Positions 42,013-54,639 of a DNA stretch of 64,000 nucleotides are shown here, in pieces. The position numbers were made by a program, and so were the translations under genes. A model generated the notes under the pieces. The model saw nothing but the letters and a program-made list of their open reading frames with translations, was not told the origin of the DNA and ran no database searches. Location of the stretch: assembly GCA_964016885.1 (NCBI GenBank), contig OZ024741.1:90582001-90646000 (forward strand), read 5' to 3'. Origin of the DNA: Eledone cirrhosa (Eukaryota). Position 1 is the first letter of the stretch. The number at the start of each line of letters is the position of its first letter.

Positions 42013-42145
42013 GTGAGGTTTTTTTTACAAATTGAAAAATAACCGAGGTGTCCTACACGAGTGAAAGTATAAAGAAAAAGAGATGAAATCGAAAATGCAA
42101 CTGGAGAGTCTTATTTTTTTTAAAAATATATATATTTATTTGGTT

Positions 42146-42183
42146 CCCTTACCGGTTTCGCAGTTCTTCTGCTTTTCAAAAGG
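42146..42183 (-). ncRNA. Minimal type I hammerhead, U3-A8 variant, in a pLTR-like insertion (about 42008-42810)
   Basis: CCTT-TTGAAAA-GCAG aagaa CTGC-GAAA-CCGG-TA^AGGG, with palindromic ACCGGT stem III. Confidence 0.8.
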
Positions 42184-42989
42184 TGAGTTGAGATGGAGGG
42201 TCTGTGGTTTTTCTCACATCTGGTTGGTCTCTGAATGTTACTTGTTTTATATGGAAAAAGTGGCTCGAAATGCCAGGTTTTTCGAGAAGTAATTTGATTG
42301 GTTTGTCAATAATTATAATAAATTTCGCGCCAGTTCGCGTTACAATAGTTCTTCAAATAAGAGGAGGGGGGGGGGGGGGGTTGTCACAGGTTGTTTTTTT
42401 CATATATGAGTGTTTGAATTTCTTTTTACTTGAAAAAAGGGGCTCACGAAGGCTTTTTTTGGTTGGTTATAAATGAAATTATGGCTGTCACGTGAACAAG
42501 TTTTCATTAAATTTTCGTGCCCTTATTTGGAAATCCATTCTGTAGCCTTTTTAGAGAATTTTATGATAAGTGAAAGATAATGGTCAAGAGAAAGGGATGG
42601 GAGAATTGTTCTGGTTCAGTGAATATGGTTAGTTCGTTGGGGTGTTAGAATTTAGATTTTCTATTGAATAAAGAAAGTAAAGATATGTATGTTTATTTGT
42701 GTGCTTGTGTGTGTGCGTGTGTGTGTTGTGTGTGTGTGTTTGAATTTCGTTACTTAAAAAAAAGGTGGCTCACGAAGGCTTTTTTTTAATAAACGTGATT
42801 TGATTGTATATATATATATTTGTGATATATTTATATAAGTAGGGAACAGTTTTCTGTCAAACACATATGGAATATAATAAATGACATGCGTCAACTATTG
42901 AGAAATATCAAATTAGTTATTTACGATCTCATAGCATTCCCATGATACTTTAAAACCAATTCTAAGCCCGTGAACACTACACCACTTGT

Positions 42990-43048
42990 ATGACCATTCC
43001 TATTCTGATGATGCAACCATGGAGTCTGCAAAACGTTGATACAGTCAT
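42990..43048 (+). ncRNA. Decayed type I hammerhead (G12 to A)
   Basis: ATGAC..TATT-CTGATGA-T-GCA...TGC-AAAA-CGTT-GATA..GTCAT, with a bipartite stem I. Confidence 0.6.
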
Positions 43049-43162
43049 TGATTCAGGAACGCTACAGTTCCAAATTAAGCTTAAAGTTCTAAGAAAGTAC
43101 GAAATGTCTTCAATAAAAAGATCAAACTGGATCAGAGACGTGTTACCAAGATAACAAACAAA

Positions 43163-43301
<139 letters not shown>

Positions 43302-43334
43302 GCGCACACCCACACACACATATATATATATATA

Positions 43335-43593
<259 letters not shown>

Positions 43594-45039
43594 TTCCTTC
43601 CTACCTACCTTCCTACCTACTTACCTACCTACATACATACATACATATATATATACATACATATATACATAAGCATTTATTCACAACCCCGTACATATGA
43701 ATATATATACTTACATGTTAACATACATATATGTATATTCTGCCATATAATAGAAGTTTCGTATACATTTCACAGGAAATATATTTTGTGCGTTATCAGC
43801 AAAATAACATTTATTTGTTTTTCTATTAGAATATTTTATAGCAAGTTACTGCTACGTCTAACAGACTTAATAGCCTCTTGTTATTGTTGCTGTTCATCAG
43901 AACAAAATAAAACAATGTGCTGGCTACAACAATAGTAAGAAGAGAGGAACATGCAAGAGAAAAAAAATATGGGTGAAATTAACACATGGGCAAGACCTTC
44001 ATCGATTTCGACGATAACTGTTCTATTTATTCAATCAATGGAACAGCCTGCACGTGAAATTAACGTGTAAGTGGCTCTGCATTTCACAGACACGAGTACC
44101 CTTAGCGTAATTCCTAAGCAAATCCAGCGCGATACTGTGTATCAAGACTGACCTCTTTTCAATTACAGATATAGTCCATCCGACGGGGCTTCCAAATAGT
44201 TTCCGTCTAACACTAACCCTAACCCTAACCCGCAATGGACTAGCGTCATGTCCAGGGGCGGTGTCTTGTACTCTCTGTGATTAGCCCTGATCGAATGAGC
44301 CTCCGGGTTTGAGACAGACTTTAGACTTAAGATGAATGAGCGAGCAAATATCCGTAACAGGCGAAGATTACTCTTCAGCGAGGATGTAGCCTGGCCGAAT
44401 ACTTGAAACATCCGCTTCATAGTTATGACATTCCAAGTTCGATCCAAATGTGTGGTATATTGAGAAAGTGTTTGTTAACCCAGCCTGGATTTAAACCGAA
44501 TTCTTCTAAATAAAACAGAGTAAACGAAATTCAGAGTGCTAGCCTTATCAACAATTGTTTCACATTGAATCTGCCTGTTGATTATGTTAAGGAAACACAT
44601 ATCTATATAAGAATCAATTACTTATTCGTTGATTTAACGAGTAATTGCTCCATTAATCGAACAATCTGGAGCACACATCATCGAAACCGACGGATATTCA
44701 TTTAACTTTTACTATATTGGAGCTACATCACAAGATTTAACATCCATTATAAGTGTTCATTTTCTTCTTCTTCATAATGATAATATGTTCTGACATAGAA
44801 ATGAGGTCTCATTGTGTGAGCGAACAGTCAATTATATCGAGCCCAGTACTTGATAGGAACTATATTTGATCGATCGAGTTGAAAAACATAAGTAAGTATT
44901 TAAAATACAGTATGAGTTAAGATATCGCCGTGTTGACTGCATTCTTTATAATAATTTCGACGGAATATAACATGAGTATTAATGTTATGACATACTTCCT
45001 TAAACATATATTTTGGTGGACAACTAAGCTTCCCAAGAA

Positions 45040-45700
45040 CTTTCAATGATGTCTCGCTGATAACGCACCAAAATCCTTGGTTAAATCAACAAATAACTCA
45101 TCTATAAGCAACTGCTGGCTAATACATCTTTCTTGAAGTTGTCTCGCAGAGACAATTATGTCCATAAAACTTCTTGAACTAAAACTAGATAGCGGTTCTG
45201 GTAACACTCAAGGGCAAATGTCTTTCTTTAACCGATTCACCATCCATCTAAATACAATCTTGCCAATGAACTCTAAGTCACAGAATTATCACACAAATTT
45301 AGAACCTTTGTTTTTAGAGATCTTGATAAGAATCCCATCAATCCAGCCTAGCGGTATCGGCGTTCCTATCCAGCTAGTCATTATCAGATTAAATATGGAA
45401 GGTGAAACATTTTTGACCTCATTTTGCATCAGTTTAATAGGATGCCCTATATAACCTTGGTGCCTTGTAAATATTGCTATCTTTAATCGTTAAAACTTCT
45501 TCAGCGCTTTTGGGTCTACAATCTATAAGATGAAGTATATCTTCCTAGGTCACCAACAACAGTTTCTTCTACCACTGAAGGATTGAAAAAAATATCATTA
45601 AAATGTTCCGCCCAGCGCTGTAAAAATACGTTCAATTTAGATTTTCGACGTACTACCAAAGACCTATTGTAGACAAACTTGGTGTTAATCTTTTTCAACT
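45040..45700 (-). pseudogene. Very decayed RTE-BovB-like LINE remnant
   Basis: LQRWAEHFNDIFFNPSVV and IPLGWIDGILIKISKNKG fragments. Confidence 0.55.
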
Positions 45701-47282
45701 CTCGCTACATATACTTCTTATGCATTTTAAAGGTAGTTCAAGTGTCGATCAATAAGTTCAGATCAAACAGAGATTCCCAAAGTGAACGTTTCATTTCCAG
45801 TTGCTGGCTGATGGTAGCTTGGCATAATTGTTAGAACGTCGACAAAAATGCTTTACGGCATTTATTTATGGTCCTTTACGTTCTGAGTTCAATTCTGCCT
45901 TTCATCTTTCCGTAGTCAATAAAAAAAAGTATCAGTTAAGTACTGATGTCTATATAATCGATTTTTTTCTCCTTCTAAATGGCAGGTCTTGTACCAAAAT
46001 TATAACCCATTATCAAACCAATCTCTTTAATTCTTTTTCTTTTTAATCCAATCATCTCAACTCACAAACTTTTCCCAACTACCGTCAAAGCTGAAATCAG
46101 CAAATTTACATACATACATATATGCATGCATGAATGCATACATACATACATACATATATACATACATTTGGTCGAACAAACCATTGACAATTATGGCTAA
46201 CTGTGTTAAGGTTGAGCGATCCGAAGTCCCCATACTTAATTTGTTTAGTTTTCTCTTAAAAATAAGCTTTCTGTTACACATATATCCATCTTTAGAGATG
46301 AAGTATTAAAACCAGGTTTGTATTAATACATTAGTGAGATACCAGGGGAACATAGCAATGGAATTATCTTTGCAATGCCTTTTATAGTTCTAAAGTAGAA
46401 AAGAGTAAAACAGGTGGAAATTTAAATTAAGATGTGGCTAGTGCGTGATTGGTTAGTTTAAGAAAATGTCGTATTGTGATTGGTTGGCAATTAAGTGCAA
46501 CATGGTAATATGTCGTGCAGTGGTTGGTGCTATAATATAAAGAATAGAAGATGTGCTTATCTAATTATCTTATTACATACATATTTTATTTCATATTTAT
46601 CTGTTCGTTGTATGTATTCATGTTTTTTATCTAAAAATGTAGTAGTCATACTGTGGAATGTTATTTGTTTACAGAGTGGGTATAGTAGTTAGAAAATAAG
46701 AAACGATACAGTTTTTATACTTCATTCCTTGTTGTTATACTCACTGTTTATTATGGTATGTAAAAAAGGCGGGGAATTTGTAGAGTGGTTAAAGCGTAAG
46801 ATAAAATGCTTTTCGGTATTTGGTCTTGCTCTTTACATTCTGCGTTCAAATCCAACGAAGGTCAGTTTTGCTATTCATATTCCAGTACTGGGGTCGATAT
46901 AATTGACTTTCCCCTCCCTCAAAATTACTGGCTTTGTGTCCAAAGTAGAAATCATTATGGTATGTAAAAGAAACTACTGTAAATCAGTACCAATATGGGT
47001 ACTGCAAATGCATTGTGGGATATACTCTTGCAAGAAGAAAGCTCTGATTGCCCTATTATTAAATGTTTGATAAATATTCTTTTGTTACTATTTCTTAGTT
47101 CACTGCATCTTTTATGTGATGTATTTTCCTCAATGCCTAGATATTGGTAAGACTCTTGATGTAAAGGTAGGTTTGGGTTTTAGGAAACTATTTTTGCGCA
47201 TTCATCTGCTAAATATGAATAGTTCGTTTGACTACATTCCATCCATTTATCAGTACGGAACCGACGGAAACCAAACAATTTT

Positions 47283-47327
<45 letters not shown>

Positions 47328-47541
47328 TCTGTGAGTGTGTGTGTGTGTACATGTTTGTGGAGGCACGTACTTAATGGTTAGGTTGTTCGGTTTACGATTG
47401 TTAGTTCGATTCCTGCCTGCACCAGGCGGCATGCTGTGCCTTTGAGCAAGACACTTTATTTCACACAGCTCCAGTGGTCTGTGGACATATCATCCCTTTC
47501 TACTATATTAATGATATCGGAAGCTCTAGTAACAGACACAT

Positions 47542-48190
47542 GATCTGTCACTGAGGCCGCCTCTCGTTTCTCCACAGAAGGACGAGACCAAGCCGCCTTT
47601 TTGCTTTTTTTATGTATATATGTAAGCAATCCCCTTTTACGTTTGCTCTCTTTATCCTTCTCTCTCTTTCTCTTTCTCTCAGTACCTCACTTACCGTCTA
47701 TCCTTGGCTCAGTATGACCTTTGTCATGACGGCTAAAGCACTCTAAAGAACTAAGGACCTATAAATATGATAAAGACACGATAAGCACCAATTTGGGATA
47801 GGAAAAGAGCAACATAACCTTAGTTTAAACCAGTAAAAAGTTTATAAGGAATAGTTTGACAGAACACCTGCCGCTTTTTATGTTGAACTATTCTCTATAT
47901 ATTATTGGTTTCAACTAAGGTTATGTTGCTCATTGTCTGTCCCAAGTTAGTGCTTATCCTGTCTTCGTCATATTTATAGGATTTTAGTTCTTCAGATTGT
48001 TTTAGCGGTCATGACAAAGGTCAAGCTGAGCCAATGATAGACGCTAAGGTAGGCACTGAGAGAGAGAAAGAGAGAGAACATAAAAGGGGGTTGCATATAT
48101 ATGTAAATACATACATACATAAAAAAAGCAAAAGGACGGCTTCGTCTCCCTCCTGGTGGGGAGAAAGTAGAGGGGATCTCGGCAACAGAA
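47542..48190. repeat. Diverged long palindrome (arms of about 320 bp, centre near 47870)
   Basis: Examples: gacctttgtcatgac / gtcatgacaaaggtc and gagcaacataaccttagtt / aactaaggttatgttgctc. Confidence 0.9.
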
Positions 48191-48632
48191 CAATCTTTTA
48201 TACATAATAGATGCAGTGAAAAGAGGACATATAAAAAGATAAAAATCTTTGGATTGGGATAAAACAAGATACAGCACAGTGTAAGTTGCGCATGTAAGTA
48301 ATATCGGAAAGGGAGAAATAATTAGGTTTTATATCGTCCAAAGAGAGCAAGACAGAAAGAGGGACTTGAGGAACGCCAGAAGTAGGGACTTCAGGAATGT
48401 AGTTGAGCATACGTCAGAAAGTAGAAGTTGGGAAATGAGAGAAAGAGTAGAGAAAGAAAAAGAGAGAAAGAAAGAAAAAAGAGGAGAGCAAGAAAGAGAG
48501 GGAGAGAGAGAGGAGAGCAGGAGAGAGAGAGAGAGGAAGAGCATGAGAGAGAGTGGGAGAAAAAGAGTGAGAGAGGAGAGCATAAGAGAGAGAGAGAGAG
48601 AAAGAGGAAGAGAGAGAGAGAGGGGAGCGCAT

Positions 48633-48670
<38 letters not shown>

Positions 48671-48811
48671 GGAGAGCAAATAAACACAATAAGTGAATCA
48701 AGAATGATGCGTAGCATTACATGTCAAACAATTATTAACAACGTTGCACACGAGAAGCAGAATCGGAGGACAAACGAATAAAAGCATATATTTTCCTTGT
48801 CAGCCCCACCA

Positions 48812-48910
<99 letters not shown>

Positions 48911-49130
48911 GAATGTTTAAGTATCGAGAGAGAGAGAAAAAAAAGGAAAGATAGGCGATACATAGATTTAGTTGCCAATAGTTTGTGCAGATGTGCTCAA
49001 TACTCGTGCCTACAGGGTTAAATATTAGAAGCGTCAATATTTAGTGGGCGAGAAAAAAGAAGCAGAGCGATTATAAAAGAAATGAATACAATGAGTTTAA
49101 AACCGTTAGAACATGTTTATATAACAGTGC

Positions 49131-49170
49131 ACCTATGTACGTTTCGCACGGAATGGGATAATCAATGGCA
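49131..49170 (-). ncRNA. Decayed copy of the PLE-D hammerhead
   Basis: TGCC-A-TTGATTA-TCCC attcc GTGC-GAAA-CGTACATA-GGT, homologous to 52014-52052. Confidence 0.5.
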
Positions 49171-52013
49171 TGGAAAACAAAAAAAATGATCAATACACGA
49201 CCCAGGAGGGGTTTCACAGTTAAATTAACATCAGAGTTCATTCTTCGCCTACGTACATGTGGTGTTATCGCAGAGCAGGGGGAGTAACTCTGGCCGGTGT
49301 TCAAACAATCTAGTCCCACTTGGTTTTTTATACCTGTTCATATGATGGTGTTTTGCATTTTTATATTATGGGTGTTGTTTCACTAGTGCCAGTTCAAGTC
49401 GGGTCTGGGATGCACATTTATTTTTAAGTGGGTGTTGCTTCACTAATGCTTGTTCGAGCAGGGTCTGCAATGTAGATTTGGTTCGCAGATGTTTGTTTAT
49501 ACCGCCTGCTCACCGGGGTGTTATGGTTAGGGCAGGGGGACCCAGTTTATAGTTTTCATGCCGCAGTCGCTTCCCAGGCAAAGTACGACTCCTGCACTCG
49601 GTGTCTACAATTTATGACTGATTCCGCTCGGCTGTTTATGAGCTCGTGGGGTATTCTTATGATGTAGTACAGCTCCATGAGGCAGAGCTGGCATTTCCTC
49701 CTGAAGTTGTAGGGTGCAGCCCTACCGACAATATCCGAGTGTGTGGAGAAGCTGATGTTGGCGTCTTGTAATGTGGTGACGTCGTTAGCAAGTGACGTGG
49801 AGTGCCTTAGTTTTTTGTTTCTGAAAGAGTAGAGATGTGTTCTAAATCTCGTTTTAAACTGGCCAGAGGTGGCTCCTATATAGTGTTTAACTCCGCTATG
49901 GCTAGTTACGGTGCACCTATAAACAATCTTATCAGTCAGGCAGTTTCCCCTGAGAGGGCAGCCTCCCCTGTCACGACAGTTGCATTTTCTGTCACGGTCG
50001 CTCCTAGTTCCTGAAGTAATGCTATTACTATTGCTACCTATGTTGTTATCTACGTCTCTATCTCGGTCATTTGTACTGTTATATCTCGAGGCGTGCGGTG
50101 TTGTACCATTATCACTCCGCACGCCGCAGCCCGTTCTGTTGCCGGTGGGTAACCCGTGCGGGTCACCAGTATATTCCCCAATCACGCCTTAGTTACGTGG
50201 GTTTCGTCTGCCGGGGCTGCCACCAACACAATTTGGTGCTGTTAGGGAGATGTTAAGGTTATTAGTGTTGTTGTCGGGTCTAGATGTATCTGTGCTAAGG
50301 TGCCGTGTTTTGTTGATCTTACTGTGATTAGTTGCTCCTATGATGTCAGCTAGATTGGGGGTGGTAGAGAAGGATATTTTGATATTGTTCCTATTAAGTA
50401 TTTTCCCGTATTTATGATTAGGTGGGAAATTCTTCTCTAAGGCTGCGAAGAATATCCTCGGTAGGTCGGAGGCCACACTCCGAGAGTAGGGGAGGGGGGG
50501 ACCGTAGGATATTACGGTGGCGTTTCCGCTTTACCGTGGGTTTGCTACAGGTTGTGCTTCCTAGTTGACAGTACTTACGGTTGTTACTGTGCTGTAGCCA
50601 GTTATGCGTCCCCATTACTTTATGTTCGGGTAGGCGCGCCTTCCTTCCGTAATTTTTATGTGTGGCTTGACGTGGGTTGGAGAGTATTGGTAATAGGCCG
50701 CCGCCGTTGCTAATCTTATAGTTAGGGAATAATTCTAATAGGCTGCAGCGGGTGGCATTACCAATCGGGTAACCCTTACCATGCTGTAGGTTATCTTGGT
50801 CGCCACCCGTGTAATTAACGGTGTGGCCAAGTTCCTTAGTGTGGTTCTCTATACTATAGTTCTTGACGCTATCTTGGCTGTAGCGTGCTCTGTTATAGGT
50901 ATGGCTTACTATAACATTAGTCTTATGTTGGGGTTGGTTTCTAAAGCTAGCGTTAAGGTTGTAGGAGATTCTCCGGTTAAAACCGGAATTTAGTAAGGCC
51001 CTATTGTAATATTCGGCCGCTTGGTTGAAGATATCTTCATTGGCAGAGAGTCTCGAGATCCTATGGGATATGCTATATACTATGGAGTTGAGAGTAGACT
51101 TAGGGTAGTTAGATGCATAGTTTATATAAGACAGAATCTCGCCGGGCTTATGGTATGGCTTGTATAGGCCCGTGCTCAACTCCAGGGTTACGTCCAGGAA
51201 ATTGACTATTTGGTGGTTGAGGTCCATGGTCACGGATAGGCCATATGTCTTGAAGAACCTGTGTATACGCTTGTTAAGTCTTTCTATCCTACGGGGGCTG
51301 CGGCTTCTTACCGTAAACAGGGCATCGTCCCTATATACCACGCCCTGTAGGGCCGGTATCTCGTCCCTAAGTCTATGGAGGAGGTATATCCCGACCAGGT
51401 CGGTCACTTGCGCCGAGTCACTGGACCCCATCGTGATATCGAAGTTATCAGGACGGTTGGTTCTGGTCCAGTAGGAGCCTTAGAACTTGATAATAGTTCT
51501 ACGCGCTGCGAGCACGATATCTATCTCTTTCTTAGTGAGGCTAGTATTAGACTTAGCTAGGATAAGCGCTTTATTTAGGAGTATGGGGGAGATTGATGCG
51601 TAGTAGCCATCTATGTCAAACTGGATGAACTTTAGAGTTGTTTTATCGGGTAACTCTGTGAACCAATTAATGACCTGGTCTGTGTTGCTCCAGAGACAGA
51701 CCTTGGCTTTGTTATTAAGTTCTAGTAGTACTCTATCTAGGATCACTTTACTAATTTTACCTATATCCGAAGTAGAGGGGCATATTAGTCTAATAGAGGG
51801 GTTTTCATTAAAGTTACATTTATGATCCTTAAGAGAGAATCTAGGTGTCATAGGGACATATGGGTTGGTGTACTTGTCTATGTCTAAGCTAGTAACTATA
51901 TTCTTCCCTACACTATTTATGTCATTTAAAGTACTAATTGGTGTTTTCTCTGATGTTAATTTAACCGTTAAACCCCTCCTAGGTCGTGTATTGATAATTT
52001 TTTTGTTTTCCAT

Positions 52014-52052
52014 GCCCTTGATAAGCCCATTCCGGGCGAAACTTACGTAGGC
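52014..52052 (+). ncRNA. Type I hammerhead, U3-A8 variant, in the inverted pLTR of PLE-D
   Basis: GCCC-TTGATAA-GCCC attcc GGGC-GAAA-C ttac G-TA^GGC. Confidence 0.8.
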
Positions 52053-52076
52053 GGTTTTAAACTCCTTGTATTCATT

Positions 52077-52107
<31 letters not shown>

Positions 52108-52554
52108 CATACACTTTATGTATAAGTGTGTATTTATATATTTCTTTAACTCACTTAAGTGATATTCCAGAAACATGCATAAATGTGAAACACGACTAAG
52201 ACGTCGAAATAATAGCACTACAAATTTAAATGTGATAGATAGTACTTGAGGCGTGTGAATTAGCTGGCATGATTCTGTCGACTCAATTTCTCAAGATAAT
52301 GTGTCAGACGATAATACATTCATTTCGTTAAAAGTCACGGTATGTATAATATTGCGACATAAGCTGCAACTTCGACGTTTAATTAAATGACGTTCTCCAC
52401 TTTCATTTGCTTCACTATCACATTCTAATTTAGTAAAATATAATATAAGTTAAGGGCCGAATCACTTGCTTGAGCGGGGTCTCTTCTCTGAAGACCTTCT
52501 CTGTCCAGCTCTCCTGAGAGTGTTTTATCCCCCCCCCCCATCACACACATATAT

Positions 52555-52815
52555 ATAACGGGAGGATACATAATAGTACCACTGATGATGTCACAGATGT
52601 GTGACGAAAGAACTTCGATAGACTATATATATATATATATATATATATCTGTATTTTTAACTGTTGGTCAATCAATGATAAACATTGATTGCCAGATAAA
52701 TTAACCATGGAGATATAAAAGATACAGAAGCGAAAACCAACCCAAACCAATCACTGAGTGTGGTCTATCATCATTTCTGGCAATATTATAACAATATGAC
52801 CCTCCCCAAATATAA
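52555..52815 (+). mobile_element. Solo pLTR of a PLE-A relative
   Basis: Homologous to 20120-20380, including the ATGACCCTCCCCAA ORF start. Confidence 0.85.
52573..52626 (+). ncRNA. Type I hammerhead (PLE-A family)
   Basis: CTGATGA-T-GTCACA gatg TGTGAC-GAAA-GAACTTC, with distal stem I ATAGT/ACTAT. Confidence 0.8.
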
Positions 52816-52816
52816 C

Positions 52817-52912
<96 letters not shown>

Positions 52913-52934
52913 TATATTTATATATATATATATT

Positions 52935-52991
<57 letters not shown>

Positions 52992-53033
52992 CAAAATTCA
53001 ATAAGACCAAGGATCAATATTATTATTATTATT

Positions 53034-53180
53034 TATTTATACATCGCTACGGGCGTTTCAATGCGGATAGATTATCCCATCCACATATGGAGGAAAAAAA
53101 CACCGGATATTATCCGTAAGTTATTTACTCCATTATGGGCACTCTGCCTAAACGGTATTTCTTCAGGAAATGTATAAATA
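53034..53180 (-). ncRNA. Type I hammerhead with a structured stem II domain of about 100 nt
   Basis: Stem I TATTTATACATTTC/GCGATGTATAAATA, core CTGAAGA, stem II base AATACCG/CCGCATT (imperfect), then GAAA-CGCCCG-TA. Confidence 0.7.
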
Positions 53181-54147
53181 ATTAAAAAAATAACAATAAA
53201 TTGATTAATATCATAAGACCAGAATAATACAGGATTCAAAGCAATGTGCATTCAAATTATAAATTTACAAGTGCAAAGCATAAGCTTAGGTATGTTTTCA
53301 GACATGCCAAAAATAAAGATTTATCAGTGTTTTCCCACAAGCATGTTAGAATATATTAAATATATTAAATCTGTTAATTGGTTATAGTAGGAGTTGTAGA
53401 AAAAGTTTTCTTAAGGATACATGGCAGTGTTTTTCGTTATTTATCATAGACAGATTTGAAAAGATATTTTAGATTACGTTAGTCTAATGTAAGGGAAAAA
53501 GAAAATTATTTACAGACATATATATTTTTAACGTATATGTACACAGTTACCTAATATTTTTCTAATCAGGTTCTAAAGAAACTTTATTTCATGGGGTTGA
53601 TGCATTTCAAAAATGCACGGTTATTTCAAAGAAATCGCTTTTTTACCGGCATTACTTTATTACGGTTCCTTATCTAAATAGCTTTGTAGCGTTTATCAAG
53701 TATTTTCATACACATCAATATATCTATTAGATTAATATCTATTAGTTTAAAGAAATTTTTACAAACATCTAGGATTTGTTATGATTTAGTACATTATTAA
53801 GTTAAATCTATATTAATGTCAATAAATCGTTATTTATCGGTGCCAGTTTATTTAAATACCATTACAGTGTGTGGCTATTATCCTGATAAATGTTCAAATA
53901 TTATTCAAATCTTATTATTTTAAGGAATGTTTGCAAAAGACTAGTAGTTAATGCAGTATATATCTAATTAAATTTGTATTTATATTAATGCGTCTATAGA
54001 TGAAATCAGAATAAAGACCAGACATTAGAAAAAAGTATAATGGCTCTTAGTATATCCTTGGGGAGTTAGGTTTTCAACTTTCCAAATTTATCTGTATTTG
54101 GAACTTTTCTTATATAAGTATATTCCACATAAATATATGTTATATAA

Positions 54148-54208
<61 letters not shown>

Positions 54209-54440
54209 AAATACACAAGAGAATATAAACACATCCATATAAGTGTTTCATACACACCAACCTCCACATAAATGCCATTATTGAAATATGCATATACATA
54301 TACATAAATGTCATTTTTGAAATATGCACATATATATAAATATAGAAATATACATGAATACATATATAAAGATGCACATATACAGATATACCGTACATAC
54401 GAAAAGAAAACATAGGAAGTGTAAAGTAATTCATATAAAA

Positions 54441-54533
<93 letters not shown>

Positions 54534-54543
54534 AACGAGTAGG

Positions 54544-54639
54544 ACCCCGACGGCTGAGCCCAAGCCGTTTCGACGGCTAATTCTGGACTGAATGAAAATT
54601 GTTATCCTGGTACATGAATAGCCGAGCTTCTCAGGGGGT
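54544..54639 (-). ncRNA. Type I hammerhead with enlarged stem II loop and core CUGAGAA
   Basis: ACCCC-CTGAGAA-G..CGGCTA [about 39 nt] TAGCCG.C-GAAA-CGGCT tgggctc AGCCG-TC^GGGGT. Confidence 0.8.

Larger units (their letters stand above)
49071..52083 (-). mobile_element. Penelope-like element PLE-D (probably Hydra-clade-like), frameshifted ORF 49556-51950, inverted terminal pLTR
   Basis: RLICP, FDIDGYYASIS, MGSSDSAQVTDLVG, YRDD, CNCRDRGGC (CxCx5C), and IVY...YIG...CQLC. 49071-49236 matches 51947-52083 inverted. Confidence 0.9.

Noticed and set aside
44207-44231. (TAACCC)n telomere-like repeat
   Set aside because: Only about three units at a junction between repeats, too short to imply a telomere-related event.
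44345-44385. Minus-strand CTGAAGA-GTAA...TTAC
   Set aside because: Followed by GGAT rather than GAAA, with no stem I.
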